A stretch of DNA of 64,000 nucleotides, taken from the NCBI GenBank assembly GCA_023379025.1, contig JAMCTH010000009.1:213318-277317 (forward strand). The letters run 5' to 3'. Position numbers and translations under genes: made by a program. The notes under the pieces were generated by a model, which did not search any database, had not been told where the DNA came from, and saw only the letters and a list, made by a program, of their open reading frames with translations. Positions 19,723 to 28,862 of this stretch are shown here, one piece after another (position 1 is the stretch's first letter; the number at the start of each line of letters is the position of its first letter). Source of the DNA: Patescibacteria group bacterium (lineage in GTDB: Bacteria > Patescibacteriota > Microgenomatia > UBA10105 > UBA927).

Positions 19723-20301
19723 ATGCCGATCTATACCCGTACCGGAGACAGCGGCGAGACATCCCTTTTCGGCGGCAAACGGGTCCTCAAGTGCCATGAA
19801 CTTGTGGATGCGTACGGTTCTCTGGACGAACTCAACAGCTGGGTAGGACTGGTTATTTCCGGCCCGCTCACGGGCGAACAGAAGCAGTTTTTTACGACGG
19901 TCCAGTCTGACCTTTTTCTCCTGGGGTCGGGTCTTGCGGGATGGCCGGCAGATCTTTCTCCGCTTGCAACCCGAATCCCCCGGATAGAAGGTGAAATAGA
20001 TGCGATGGAGGCAAAGCTTCCGGCGCTTGCCAACTTCATTCTTCCCGGCGGCTCGCCCTATGCCGCGTATGCCCATATTACGCGCAGCATCTGCCGCAGG
20101 GTGGAGCGGCAGGTGGTTGCCCTCCGGGGAAAGCAGGAGGTCGACCCCGGGATTGTCCCGTACCTCAACCGGTTGTCGGACTTGTTTTTTGTCCTGGCCA
20201 GGTCTATAAATAGTGACGCACACATCGGGGAAACGGTTTGGACCGGTATTCCCCGGAATATAAACAATAGACACGTAAAGAACAAGAGGAACTCCGTGTA
20301 A
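19723..20301 (+). CDS. pduO: ATP:cob(I)alamin adenosyltransferase, PduO type
   Basis: IYTRTGDSGET, YGSLDELNS, FILPGG, RSICRRVER and YLNRLSD motifs. Confidence 0.93.
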   Translation: MPIYTRTGDSGETSLFGGKRVLKCHELVDAYGSLDELNSWVGLVISGPLTGEQKQFFTTVQSDLFLLGSGLAGWPADLSPLATRIPRIEGEIDAMEAKLPALANFILPGGSPYAAYAHITRSICRRVERQVVALRGKQEVDPGIVPYLNRLSDLFFVLARSINSDAHIGETVWTGIPRNINNRHVKNKRNSV

Positions 20302-20355
20302 ATCGGAGGCTGTGCCGCAACGGTGACAACGAAAAGCCCGGAACTCTTCTTTACG
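20274..20355 (+). ncRNA. Compact cobalamin riboswitch aptamer
   Basis: Closing helix cgtaaagaa/ttctttacg; gaggaa; ctccg-tgtaaat-cggag T-loop hairpin; gctgtgccgcaacggt; B12-box-like aagcccggaactc. Confidence 0.8.
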
Positions 20356-20380
20356 CAATATCCCGAGCAGGAGCACGACG

Positions 20381-20467
20381 CAATAAGCGGATAGGACAAT
20401 AAACCATACACGGATAAGGAAGAGGATCCATGATTCCTTATGGGTTTATTGGATGATTGGCTTATGG
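20381..20467. repeat. Periodic repeat with inverted arms
   Basis: caataagc...caataaaccata...ataaggaa mirrored by ttccttat...gggtttattg...gcttatgg. Confidence 0.6.
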
Positions 20468-20470
20468 AGC

Positions 20471-20497
20471 ACCCTCCCGACCGGGAGGGATTTTTTT
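20471..20497 (+). terminator. Rho-independent terminator-like hairpin
   Basis: ccctccc-gacc-gggaggg followed by attttttt. Confidence 0.7.
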
Positions 20498-20510
20498 GGA
20501 GGAGTATCCT

Positions 20511-22466
20511 ATGCCGGCAGATTGTGAATGCAAAAACGAAACCTGGAAAATTTCCTACGACGACGACGTTGCCACGGTTAAGGCGGTGTATCCGCACTGG
20601 ACGGATCACGAAGTGCGGCTGGAAGCGGCCCGGCTGTTCCGGCCGAAATATGCTTCTGACCGTTTATCGGTCGAGCATGAGTCGTCAGCTTTGGATGAAT
20701 ATGATACCGGTGTCACGTTTACCGTGGAGGGGGAACAACTGATTTACACAAGCGGCGGATACGAAGGCATGGGCATTGAGGATTTCAGTCTGCGCCAGCG
20801 GCGGCTTACGCCGGAGAAGTATTCGCTGCGGGATCACCAGACATCCCTTGCTCTTCAGGAAGCATTTGTGCGCGGCGCCCGCCGTGTCGTAACGTCCTAC
20901 TGGCGCGAAGGGGATGATGTCCGGGATATCGTTGAGATGCGCTATGATCCGGAAGCGCGGGAGGGGCATATTTTCATCAGGAATACCACCGGGGGCGGAC
21001 AGAATCATACGTATACTGAAATCCAATCCATTGCGCAGACACAGTTCCGCGACTTTCATGCCGTCCGTCCCACAGAAGGCATATTTCTCCTGACCGATAT
21101 CAGGATAGACGAGGGCGTTTTTCGGAGGACAGTTTCCAGAGTCCAGAATGCGGAATTGCCGGAGGACCGGTCTGCTGACGACAGATCCCGGATCCGTGAA
21201 GCGCCCCGGGCGCTGATCCGGAGCGAAAGCGCGCCGGAACCGTCCCAGAACGCGCGTTTCGTCCGGGCAGCGCATCCGGCAGTTTCTGAACTGCCCTACA
21301 CCATCGCAGCGCGTACGATACGCGAAACGCGGGAGACGGTACGGAGGGTGGCCGACCGGCTGGCGACAACGTCCGCCAACCGGAAGTCGGCCAAGGAACC
21401 GCATCCGGACTCCGGGGGGAAGAAACCTGCGCACGGGGTGCACGTCCGTGGGTATGGCGCGGAGTCCGGTGATGCGATCAAACGCCGGGGGTTCAGACGA
21501 CGGGAGCGCAGACATCCTGAGCAGGTAGGTGCCAGAGGGCGCAGACGACATGGTACACCCTTCCTGACCCGGGCGGAGACCACTTCCCTTCCTGTTTTCG
21601 GGCGACGGGGAGCCGGCAGAATGCAGCAGAAACCGGAAACCGAATTCTTCTTTGGTGCCGATTCCGCAAAGCGACGCATATTGCAGGAACGGAAATACCA
21701 GGAAGCGGGTACACCGCTCCGTGCGGCTGAAAGGACAAACCGTACGCATACAAAAGACCGGAAGGGGAGAACGCCGGCTGCTCCGGTTCGGAGAGGATCA
21801 GAACGGACTGCCCGGGGTAAACCGCAACGGGAGATACTCCGCCATACGTCCCGTGGTCCGGTGGCAGCGGAACGGGTGCTGAAACGCCGCAAGGAGCGGC
21901 CGGCCCGCAGGGTTCTGGCTCAGCTGCTGGCCCGTGCCGGATTTGGCAAAGAGCGTGCGGCACCCCGCGACGCAGCGGGGAAACGGGTAACAGAACGGAG
22001 GCATCAGGCGCCGTGTGAAGTAAACCATACGGCGGAGACCGGCGCGGGGCGGGAAAGATTCCCGGTCAGCGGCGGGGAGAAGGCCGCCGTGCTTAGCCGG
22101 TGTCTTCTCCTCTGGTTCCTTTGGGACGGACTGCGGACAAAAAATAAGCCTTCAAACCAGTTTTCCGGGCCGAATCGGGAGAAAACGGTTCGGCACGTTT
22201 CCGGTCGTACGCCGGGTCGTGGAAGCCCGGTATATTCACGGGAGGAGGGGATCCGCGTTGGTCAGGAGGAAGCATCACGCGGGCCCACATATCTTCTTTT
22301 GGCCATCATTTGGTATCTCGCGATGCTTCGGGAACAGGGGATACGCAACATCCCCGGTTCTTTTCACCCGGCGTCCGCCGCAAGGACACAGAACAAGCGG
22401 AGAAGACGCACCGGAAACAGACGGCACATTCCGCAGTGCGGCATAATCTTTCTGGCCCGTTCATGA
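20511..22466 (+). CDS. Hypothetical protein: globular N-domain, long Arg-rich disordered middle, hydrophobic C-terminal motif
   Basis: GGAGGA SD before ATG 20511; C-terminal LLLAIIWYLAMLREQG...GIIF. Confidence 0.6.
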   Translation: MPADCECKNETWKISYDDDVATVKAVYPHWTDHEVRLEAARLFRPKYASDRLSVEHESSALDEYDTGVTFTVEGEQLIYTSGGYEGMGIEDFSLRQRRLTPEKYSLRDHQTSLALQEAFVRGARRVVTSYWREGDDVRDIVEMRYDPEAREGHIFIRNTTGGGQNHTYTEIQSIAQTQFRDFHAVRPTEGIFLLTDIRIDEGVFRRTVSRVQNAELPEDRSADDRSRIREAPRALIRSESAPEPSQNARFVRAAHPAVSELPYTIAARTIRETRETVRRVADRLATTSANRKSAKEPHPDSGGKKPAHGVHVRGYGAESGDAIKRRGFRRRERRHPEQVGARGRRRHGTPFLTRAETTSLPVFGRRGAGRMQQKPETEFFFGADSAKRRILQERKYQEAGTPLRAAERTNRTHTKDRKGRTPAAPVRRGSERTARGKPQREILRHTSRGPVAAERVLKRRKERPARRVLAQLLARAGFGKERAAPRDAAGKRVTERRHQAPCEVNHTAETGAGRERFPVSGGEKAAVLSRCLLLWFLWDGLRTKNKPSNQFSGPNREKTVRHVSGRTPGRGSPVYSREEGIRVGQEEASRGPTYLLLAIIWYLAMLREQGIRNIPGSFHPASAARTQNKRRRRTGNRRHIPQCGIIFLARS

Positions 22467-22478
22467 TATGATGACAGT

Positions 22479-22952
22479 ATGAATGATCTGCCCGTTCAGC
22501 CCGTCAATAGCGGATCCGGTGCAGGGGCAAACGTCCCCTCTCCTGTCCCGGGTTTAACGCCGGCTCCGATATCTGCCGCCGCGGGAAGTATCGGAACGAA
22601 GGAGCGGGAAAGCGGTTCGGCACGAAGCAGGGAATATCCGCAAATCCGGGAGATCGGGCGCGAAACGGAACTTCCTCCCGAGGTAGCTCGGGCAGGGGTC
22701 AGAATCCAGCCGACTCCCGTGCCCCTGCCGACAAAACTATCGCCGGTTCCGGTGCCGGCTCCCGCGGCACCAGCAGGTCAGCCCCCGGCCATCGCGCTTC
22801 CGTTGACGGACGATCAAATCGCACAGGGCCTGCATCAGAGTATTGTGAGCTCCTGGCGATGGCTTGCCGAATGGTGTCTCAGGAAACTAAAGCAAGTTCA
22901 TGTGACCATTAAATCCATGGGCGGAAAAACGGTTGAGGTAAAAATAAAATAG
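22479..22952 (+). CDS. Hypothetical Pro-rich protein
   Basis: 157-aa ORF; C-terminal LPLTDDQI...SSWRWLAEWC; extended -10 upstream. Confidence 0.7.
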   Translation: MNDLPVQPVNSGSGAGANVPSPVPGLTPAPISAAAGSIGTKERESGSARSREYPQIREIGRETELPPEVARAGVRIQPTPVPLPTKLSPVPVPAPAAPAGQPPAIALPLTDDQIAQGLHQSIVSSWRWLAEWCLRKLKQVHVTIKSMGGKTVEVKIK

Positions 22953-22974
22953 AACCGTCACCAACGCTATTTTT

Positions 22975-25326
22975 ATGCCGGATCAATTTAGTAATCTTAT
23001 TTTTCAATTGGAAGTTTTGGGAGTAAGCGTCATTGTTATGCTTATCTGTCTTGCGGGGCTTGCTGCACTTGGGTTTGCCGCGTTTCTTCTCTGGAAGTAT
23101 CGCGATCGGGAGGATCGGTCACTCGAGTATGTGCTTCTTCAGATCGCGGTACCAAGAGATAATGAAATAAAGATAGATGTCGCAGAACAATTATTTGCAA
23201 GCCTTTACAGTATCCACCACGGTGGCTTTTGGTCATTTTTGAAACCTCAGGAACACGCATCCTTTGAAATTGTGGCCAAACACGAGGATATTCGGTTTTA
23301 CGTTTCCGTTCACCGGAAACTTATGGACCTTGTGGAAAAACAAATACATGGGGCATATCCAGGGGCTGATATCCGTCAAGTTGACGAATACACCATTTTT
23401 ACGCAAACCGGCAAGGTTGCATTCGCCGCACTAAAATTGAAAAACGCCGATTTTTTTCCGCTCCGGGTATATCGGGATTTACCAACGGATCCGTTGTCAC
23501 TTTTAACGTCAGTCCTTGCAAAAATGGGGGAGGAAGAGGGAGCTGTCGTTCAGGTGCTTATTCAACCAGCGGAAGGCAAGTGGCGAAAATTCGGCCGCTC
23601 ATATATTTCCAAGACAAAGAAGGATGAGGCAAATCCGGAAAAAGCAAGCTTTAAAGTTGATCAAAAGACTCTCGAGGCAATTGAACAAAAGACGAGTAAA
23701 CCCGGATTTAATACCGTGGTCCGGCTTGTCGTATCGTCACCGACTCAGGAGGCTGCCAAGATGCACCTTGACAATTTGCTCTCAGCGTTCAGTCAGTTTT
23801 CTTCAGACAACAATAATTTCACCAAGGTAAAACATCCGATTAAAAAATTGTTTATGGTCGATTTTATCTATCGATACTTTCCGGTATGTAATCTGCCGTT
23901 TTTTAGCCAATACAGCGTCCTCAATAGCGATGAACTTGCGACCGTGTACCATCTTCCCAATAAATCCGTCGAAACGGCGCATATATTTTGGCTTAATGCA
24001 AAACGAGCACCGGCGCCTTCACAAATTCCGACTGCCGGTTTATATCTCGGTATTTCCCGTTATCGGGGAGTTGATCGGCCAATTTATGTCGGTGATGATG
24101 ACAGGAGACGGCATGTCTATATCATCGGGAAGACCGGTACAGGGAAATCACAACTTCTTGAAGAGATGGTGATGCAGGATATTAACGCCGGTCGCGGCGT
24201 TGCGGTTATCGATCCACACGGTGATCTCGTTGAAGGAATTCTCTCACGTGTGCCGGCAGCACGGGCCGAGGACGTCATCTATTTCGATCCGGGTGATTCC
24301 GAACGCCCGATGGGCCTCAATATGCTTGAAGCATCGACGGAACAGCAGAAACATTTTGTGGCGACATCGATCGTCGGACTCATGTACAAACTCTACGACC
24401 CCATGAAAACCGGCATCATCGGTCCCCGGTTCGAGCACGCCATCAGGAATGCCATGCTGACGGTCATGGAGGCAGTCGATCACGGGACATTTATCGAAGT
24501 TGTCCAGACACTCCAGCGGCCGGATTTTGTTCAGGAACTTCTTCCAAAAGTGCAGGATCCGATCGTACGCAGATATTGGACCGATCAGATCGCGCAAACC
24601 GCTGATTTCCATAAGTCGGAAGTCCTGGATTACATCGTCTCCAAGTTCGGGCGCTTTGTCACCAATAAACTCATGCGCAACATCATCGGGCAGTCCTATT
24701 CCTCGTTTGATTTCCGTAAGGTCATGGATGAAGGGAAAATCCTCCTGGTCAACCTTGCCAAGGGGAAACTCGGCGAGGAAAACAGCAATTTTCTGGGGCT
24801 TATCCTTGTGCCGCGGATTCTCGTTTCGGCGATGAGCCGGCAGGAAATGCCCGAGGAGAAGCGCCGCGATTTTTATCTGTATGTCGACGAGTTTCAGAAT
24901 TTCGCAACGCCGGATTTTGCCCAGATCCTTTCCGAAGCGCGCAAATACCGACTCAACCTTATCGTTGCCAACCAGTTTATCGGACAGATGGAGGAGGAGG
25001 TGAAAAATGCCGTATTCGGCAACGTCGGCTCGCTTATCTCCTTCCGTGTCGGCGTGACGGATGCCAATTACCTTCAGCACGAGTACCAGCCGACGTTTAA
25101 CGAGACGGACCTCATCAATATCGATAAATATAATGCCTATGTGAAAACTATCGTCCGCAACGAACCGGTGAAACCCTTCAGCATGGATCTGACGAAAGAC
25201 ATGGCCAAAGTCAACAGTCTCAAAAATCCCGAGATTGCTGCCGCCATCGTTCAGCTCTCGCGCCTCAAGTACGGAAGATCACGCGAGATCGTAGAAGCGG
25301 AGATCAGTCAGCGCGCCAGACTGTAA
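22975..25326 (+). CDS. VirB4/TraD/HerA-like membrane-anchored P-loop ATPase
   Basis: N-terminal TM; RHVYIIGKTGTGKS; IDPHGD; LYVDEFQ; LSEARKY; ANQF. Confidence 0.88.
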   Translation: MPDQFSNLIFQLEVLGVSVIVMLICLAGLAALGFAAFLLWKYRDREDRSLEYVLLQIAVPRDNEIKIDVAEQLFASLYSIHHGGFWSFLKPQEHASFEIVAKHEDIRFYVSVHRKLMDLVEKQIHGAYPGADIRQVDEYTIFTQTGKVAFAALKLKNADFFPLRVYRDLPTDPLSLLTSVLAKMGEEEGAVVQVLIQPAEGKWRKFGRSYISKTKKDEANPEKASFKVDQKTLEAIEQKTSKPGFNTVVRLVVSSPTQEAAKMHLDNLLSAFSQFSSDNNNFTKVKHPIKKLFMVDFIYRYFPVCNLPFFSQYSVLNSDELATVYHLPNKSVETAHIFWLNAKRAPAPSQIPTAGLYLGISRYRGVDRPIYVGDDDRRRHVYIIGKTGTGKSQLLEEMVMQDINAGRGVAVIDPHGDLVEGILSRVPAARAEDVIYFDPGDSERPMGLNMLEASTEQQKHFVATSIVGLMYKLYDPMKTGIIGPRFEHAIRNAMLTVMEAVDHGTFIEVVQTLQRPDFVQELLPKVQDPIVRRYWTDQIAQTADFHKSEVLDYIVSKFGRFVTNKLMRNIIGQSYSSFDFRKVMDEGKILLVNLAKGKLGEENSNFLGLILVPRILVSAMSRQEMPEEKRRDFYLYVDEFQNFATPDFAQILSEARKYRLNLIVANQFIGQMEEEVKNAVFGNVGSLISFRVGVTDANYLQHEYQPTFNETDLINIDKYNAYVKTIVRNEPVKPFSMDLTKDMAKVNSLKNPEIAAAIVQLSRLKYGRSREIVEAEISQRARL

Positions 25327-25383
25327 CCACCTCTTTATTTCTGATTCCTTGTATTTTATTATTCGTGTATTCGCAGTATTTTC

Positions 25384-26745
25384 ATGGAAACGACCGTCTA
25401 CATCTTCAATATGTCCGAGGACGTCTGGCCGTTTATTGCAGCCATGGCGGATCCTGCCGCACGGGCGGCGGAGATTGACGAGAATGCGGATCTCGGTGAC
25501 CGCGAACTTTTTTCCCTGGCCGATGAACATAACATCCTCTTTATCGCTCCCAAACCGGTCAGCCCGGAGTTTTTCGACTATACCACCGATCTTCTCGGTA
25601 CAAAAAATGTCAGGGTGATCAGTCCGCGGGTGCACAGCGGGGTAATCTGCGAAGACATTCTCCGCGATGACCGTATCCTTTCTGCGCTTTCCGACGCGGC
25701 AAATTCGTCAAGGCGGCTTGCCCTGACAAGCTACACGACATCCATGCAGTTCCTTTCCCTTGCGCGGACGCTTCGGAAGCGGGGACTGACGGTCACGACG
25801 CCGGAGTCGCCTGAGTGGGATGACGCCTGGACCGTCAATTTCTACGGCAGTAAGTCCGGCATACGGCAGCTTGCCCAGCAAAGCAGGGCCGTCGAGCCGG
25901 ACTTTCTGATGGCGGACGGGCTTATCTGTTCCGGCATCACGGATGCCGCCAAAATCGCTGCCAAAAAATACATCAAGGAAAACGGTGTCGTCATCAAGAC
26001 CAATAAAGGCCATTCGGGTGCCGGCGTCCTCATTTTTCGCCCCGGCGATCTGCCGGGAGACTACAATACCTGCGAGCAGGAGATTTACCGCAAGCTTACG
26101 GAAGATCCGTACTGGGAGAAATTTCCGATCATTATCGAAGATTTTATCCAGATCACTCCGGCTATTGGCGGGGGATTTCCCAATGTCGAATTCAAGATTC
26201 AAAAAAATGGCCATATCGAGTTTCTTTACTATTGCGGCATGAGGATCACGAAGGACGGTGTATTCAGGGGAGTGGAAATACATAACGAAGTCGTTTCAGA
26301 CAGGACAGCGGCCCAGATGGTCGATACCGGGTTTTTTATCGCTGAACGGTATTCAGCGGCAGGATACCGGGGATACTTTGACGTGGATTTTGTCGCGGGC
26401 AGGAGCGGTACGCTCTACGTCACCGAATCGAACGTCCGGAAAACCGGCGGAACGCATGTCTACCACACGGCATTGCGCCTGTTCGGGCGCGATTTTATGT
26501 ACCTCACCTACATACTCTCCCATACGTCATACTCTCTGCCGTATGCGAGGCCGCCGGGCTTCCCGGATATGCTGGAGACGCTCCGGCCGGTGCTCTATGA
26601 CAGGGAAACCAAGGAAGGGCTGGTCGTGGTATCGGAAAACCTTCTCACCAGCCGGAATACGCTTGCCTACATCATTTTCGGGAAGAATAAAAAACGCGCC
26701 CTTGAGATAGAAGAAGAGATGGAAGGGTTGATCCGAAGCCGCTGA
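25384..26745 (+). CDS. ATP-grasp protein (PGM1/pre-ATP-grasp peptide-ligase-like)
   Basis: VVIKTNKGHSGAGV, IIIEDFI and YRGYFDVDF...LYVTESNVRKTGGT motifs. Confidence 0.75.
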   Translation: METTVYIFNMSEDVWPFIAAMADPAARAAEIDENADLGDRELFSLADEHNILFIAPKPVSPEFFDYTTDLLGTKNVRVISPRVHSGVICEDILRDDRILSALSDAANSSRRLALTSYTTSMQFLSLARTLRKRGLTVTTPESPEWDDAWTVNFYGSKSGIRQLAQQSRAVEPDFLMADGLICSGITDAAKIAAKKYIKENGVVIKTNKGHSGAGVLIFRPGDLPGDYNTCEQEIYRKLTEDPYWEKFPIIIEDFIQITPAIGGGFPNVEFKIQKNGHIEFLYYCGMRITKDGVFRGVEIHNEVVSDRTAAQMVDTGFFIAERYSAAGYRGYFDVDFVAGRSGTLYVTESNVRKTGGTHVYHTALRLFGRDFMYLTYILSHTSYSLPYARPPGFPDMLETLRPVLYDRETKEGLVVVSENLLTSRNTLAYIIFGKNKKRALEIEEEMEGLIRSR

Positions 26746-26852
26746 CACCCCTTTTTGAACGCCCGTATCCCTCTCTCCATGCCATGGAATACCCATGCTC
26801 CATTTGATACAATTGAGGCGGTCCGGTGGACCATATCAGAAACCATACGAAG

Positions 26853-26924
26853 GCGCCCGTAGCTCAGCGGCAGAGCGCGTGTCTTATAAACACGAGGCGC
26901 TTGGATCGTCACCAAGCGGGCGCA
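26853..26924 (+). tRNA. tRNA-Ile(UAU)
   Basis: Acceptor gcgcccg/cgggcgc; D arm gctc/gagc; anticodon arm cgtgt-ctTATaa-acacg; T arm cttgg-atcgtca-ccaag; no encoded CCA. Confidence 0.9.
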
Positions 26925-26944
26925 CAGAATTCAGTTATTCAATT

Positions 26945-27526
26945 ATGGATATACCCCACGTCAAACAAACGGAAGAAGAGGTAGTGGTGTTGGTCGATGA
27001 AGACAATCACGAGATCGGTACGGCGCCGAAAGCGACAGTTCATGCCAATAATACGCCATTACACCGGGGTTTTTCATTATTTCTATTTAATTCCAAAGGT
27101 CAATTGTTATTGACCCGTCGCGCCCTAACAAAAAAGACCTTTCCCGGTGTCTGGACGAATACAGTATGCGGCCATCCCGGGCCGGGGGAGAGTGTAGAAG
27201 ATGCCGCAAGAAGAAGGCTATATGAGGAGTTGGGAGTTTCATTAGGGTTGAACCCTGGCGCCCAGGGTTCAACCCTGTCGCAGAACATAAGAGTTGTCAC
27301 CCCGTATTGCTATCGTTTTGCGGATCAAAACGGGATTGTAGAAAACGAGATCTGTCCTGTATTAGTGGCACATGCCGATGTTGAGCCTCATCCGAACAAA
27401 GCAGAAATTGAGGAATGGAAGTGGATAGACTGGCAGGAATTTCTTAACGAGGTTGAAACCCTGCCTCAGAAGTATTCTCCATGGAGTAGAGAAGAAACGA
27501 GGCTTCTTACAGCTCTTCCAGCTTGA
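26945..27526 (+). CDS. idi: Isopentenyl-diphosphate delta-isomerase type 1
   Basis: LHRGFS, KKTFPGVWTNTVCGHP, ENEICPV and SPW motifs. Confidence 0.93.
   Translation: MDIPHVKQTEEEVVVLVDEDNHEIGTAPKATVHANNTPLHRGFSLFLFNSKGQLLLTRRALTKKTFPGVWTNTVCGHPGPGESVEDAARRRLYEELGVSLGLNPGAQGSTLSQNIRVVTPYCYRFADQNGIVENEICPVLVAHADVEPHPNKAEIEEWKWIDWQEFLNEVETLPQKYSPWSREETRLLTALPA
27244..27276. repeat. 33-bp perfect palindrome inserted in frame in idi
   Basis: agggttgaaccctgg-cgc-ccagggttcaaccct. Confidence 0.85.
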
Positions 27527-28370
27527 CGTTTTCGGCGGCTTTCCCTTTGACGAGTTCGAGATATTTTTCCGTTGTCGAGAGGCGTTTGTGACCGACGAGT
27601 TTAGAGAGCGTCGTGATAGGCGTGCCCGCCATGAGGTGATGGGCGATGAAGGTGTGCCGGAGGTCATTGACTTTGGCATCCTCAATGCCCGCGACGCGAA
27701 AATAGCGGTCAATAGCCGTGCGGATATTCCGGATCAGGAGCGGTTTGCCGGTTTTGGTAATAAACAGGGCTGACGACCCTTCTTTCCCCCGGATTTCCAG
27801 GTATTTACCAAGTGCTTCCTTGGCGGCCTTATTGAGGGGGACCATGCGTTCCGCATGACCCTCCTGGGCCGCAATATGGAGTTCCGTTTCCCGGACGTCT
27901 TCCGTCGTCAGATTGGCAAGCTCGCCGATACGCACTCCCGTCTGGAGAAAGAGCTCTACGATGGCATACGTCCTGACATCTCCGCGGCAGGCATCCCGAA
28001 GCGCCCGGTATTCGAGTTTGGAAAGGATGCGCGGCGGTTTCACTTCGTATTTGGGGTGTTCGATTTCGACTGCCGGATCCAGAGTGATAATACCGGAAGC
28101 CTTTAGGTATCGGAAAAAGGTTTTTATGGAATTGATCTTACGGGAGACGGACTTTGCCTTGTAATTGTCTGAGTTGAGCTTCTTGATGAACGCGTCAAGC
28201 TCTTCACGGCTTACGTCCCCGATGGTCTTTTTGCCCATGTTGGTGAGGAATGAGACCAATTGATCGATGTCTTTGCCGTATGCTACGATGGTAGCGCGGG
28301 CACGCCGGAGGCTCCCGAGGTATTCGGTAAACTGTCCGTGAGCAGCTTTGAGATCAAGTGCGGTAGCCAT
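27507..28370 (-). CDS. XerC/XerD-like tyrosine recombinase
   Basis: SAM-like N-domain; TGVRIGE; variant NDLRH; VGH; TTEKY. Confidence 0.9.
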   Translation of the reverse strand: MATALDLKAAHGQFTEYLGSLRRARATIVAYGKDIDQLVSFLTNMGKKTIGDVSREELDAFIKKLNSDNYKAKSVSRKINSIKTFFRYLKASGIITLDPAVEIEHPKYEVKPPRILSKLEYRALRDACRGDVRTYAIVELFLQTGVRIGELANLTTEDVRETELHIAAQEGHAERMVPLNKAAKEALGKYLEIRGKEGSSALFITKTGKPLLIRNIRTAIDRYFRVAGIEDAKVNDLRHTFIAHHLMAGTPITTLSKLVGHKRLSTTEKYLELVKGKAAENVKLEEL

Positions 28371-28479
28371 GTGTCATTCGTGGATCAGGGCGCCACAACG
28401 TTCCGGCAGGTATTAACAGTACCCTATAATATCATAGAAAAAGATACAGTGCAAGTGGGGTAATTGCCGTTCCGTCGTT

Positions 28480-28836
28480 ATGAATACAAAACGGCGCATC
28501 ATTCGGTTTTTTATCATTATCGTAAGCGTGGTTTCCGTCGTATCGTTGTCCGGCTCGATTGTCGATTTGTGGCAGAAGCGGTCGATCCTTCGTGAACGGG
28601 AATCAGAGGTCAGTACGCTGCAACATGAGCAGAAAAGCCTTAACAAACAGCTTCAGGATGCCCAAAGCCCGGAATATATCGAGCGCGAGGCACGAAACAG
28701 GCTCGGTCTCGCAAAACCGGGAGAAACCGTCGTTTTGCTGCCAAACGGGGGTACACAGGCGATGACCTCCCCTCAGCAGGGTAAGACCGGCGGGGCGAGT
28801 CCTCATTGGCGGGAGTGGTGGAAGCTTTTCTTTTAA
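28480..28836 (+). CDS. Septum formation initiator (FtsB/DivIC family)
   Basis: TM, coiled coil and YIEREARNRLGLAKPGE. Confidence 0.88.
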   Translation: MNTKRRIIRFFIIIVSVVSVVSLSGSIVDLWQKRSILRERESEVSTLQHEQKSLNKQLQDAQSPEYIEREARNRLGLAKPGETVVLLPNGGTQAMTSPQQGKTGGASPHWREWWKLFF

Positions 28837-28862
28837 TCTCTTCCTGAGGTATACTTTCAGCC

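Noticed and set aside
22975-25326. Conjugative element / ICE
   Set aside because: No relaxase, VirB6/VirB8, integrase or boundary repeats nearby.
26795-26944. N-terminal extension of Idi in the ORF track
   Set aside because: It runs through the tRNA-Ile gene; the likely start is ATG 26945.
27507-28370. The Xer-like recombinase as the array's integrase
   Set aside because: It has host-like composition and XerC/D size, and is separated from the array by ftsB and another tRNA. A role in trans is not excluded but is unsupported.
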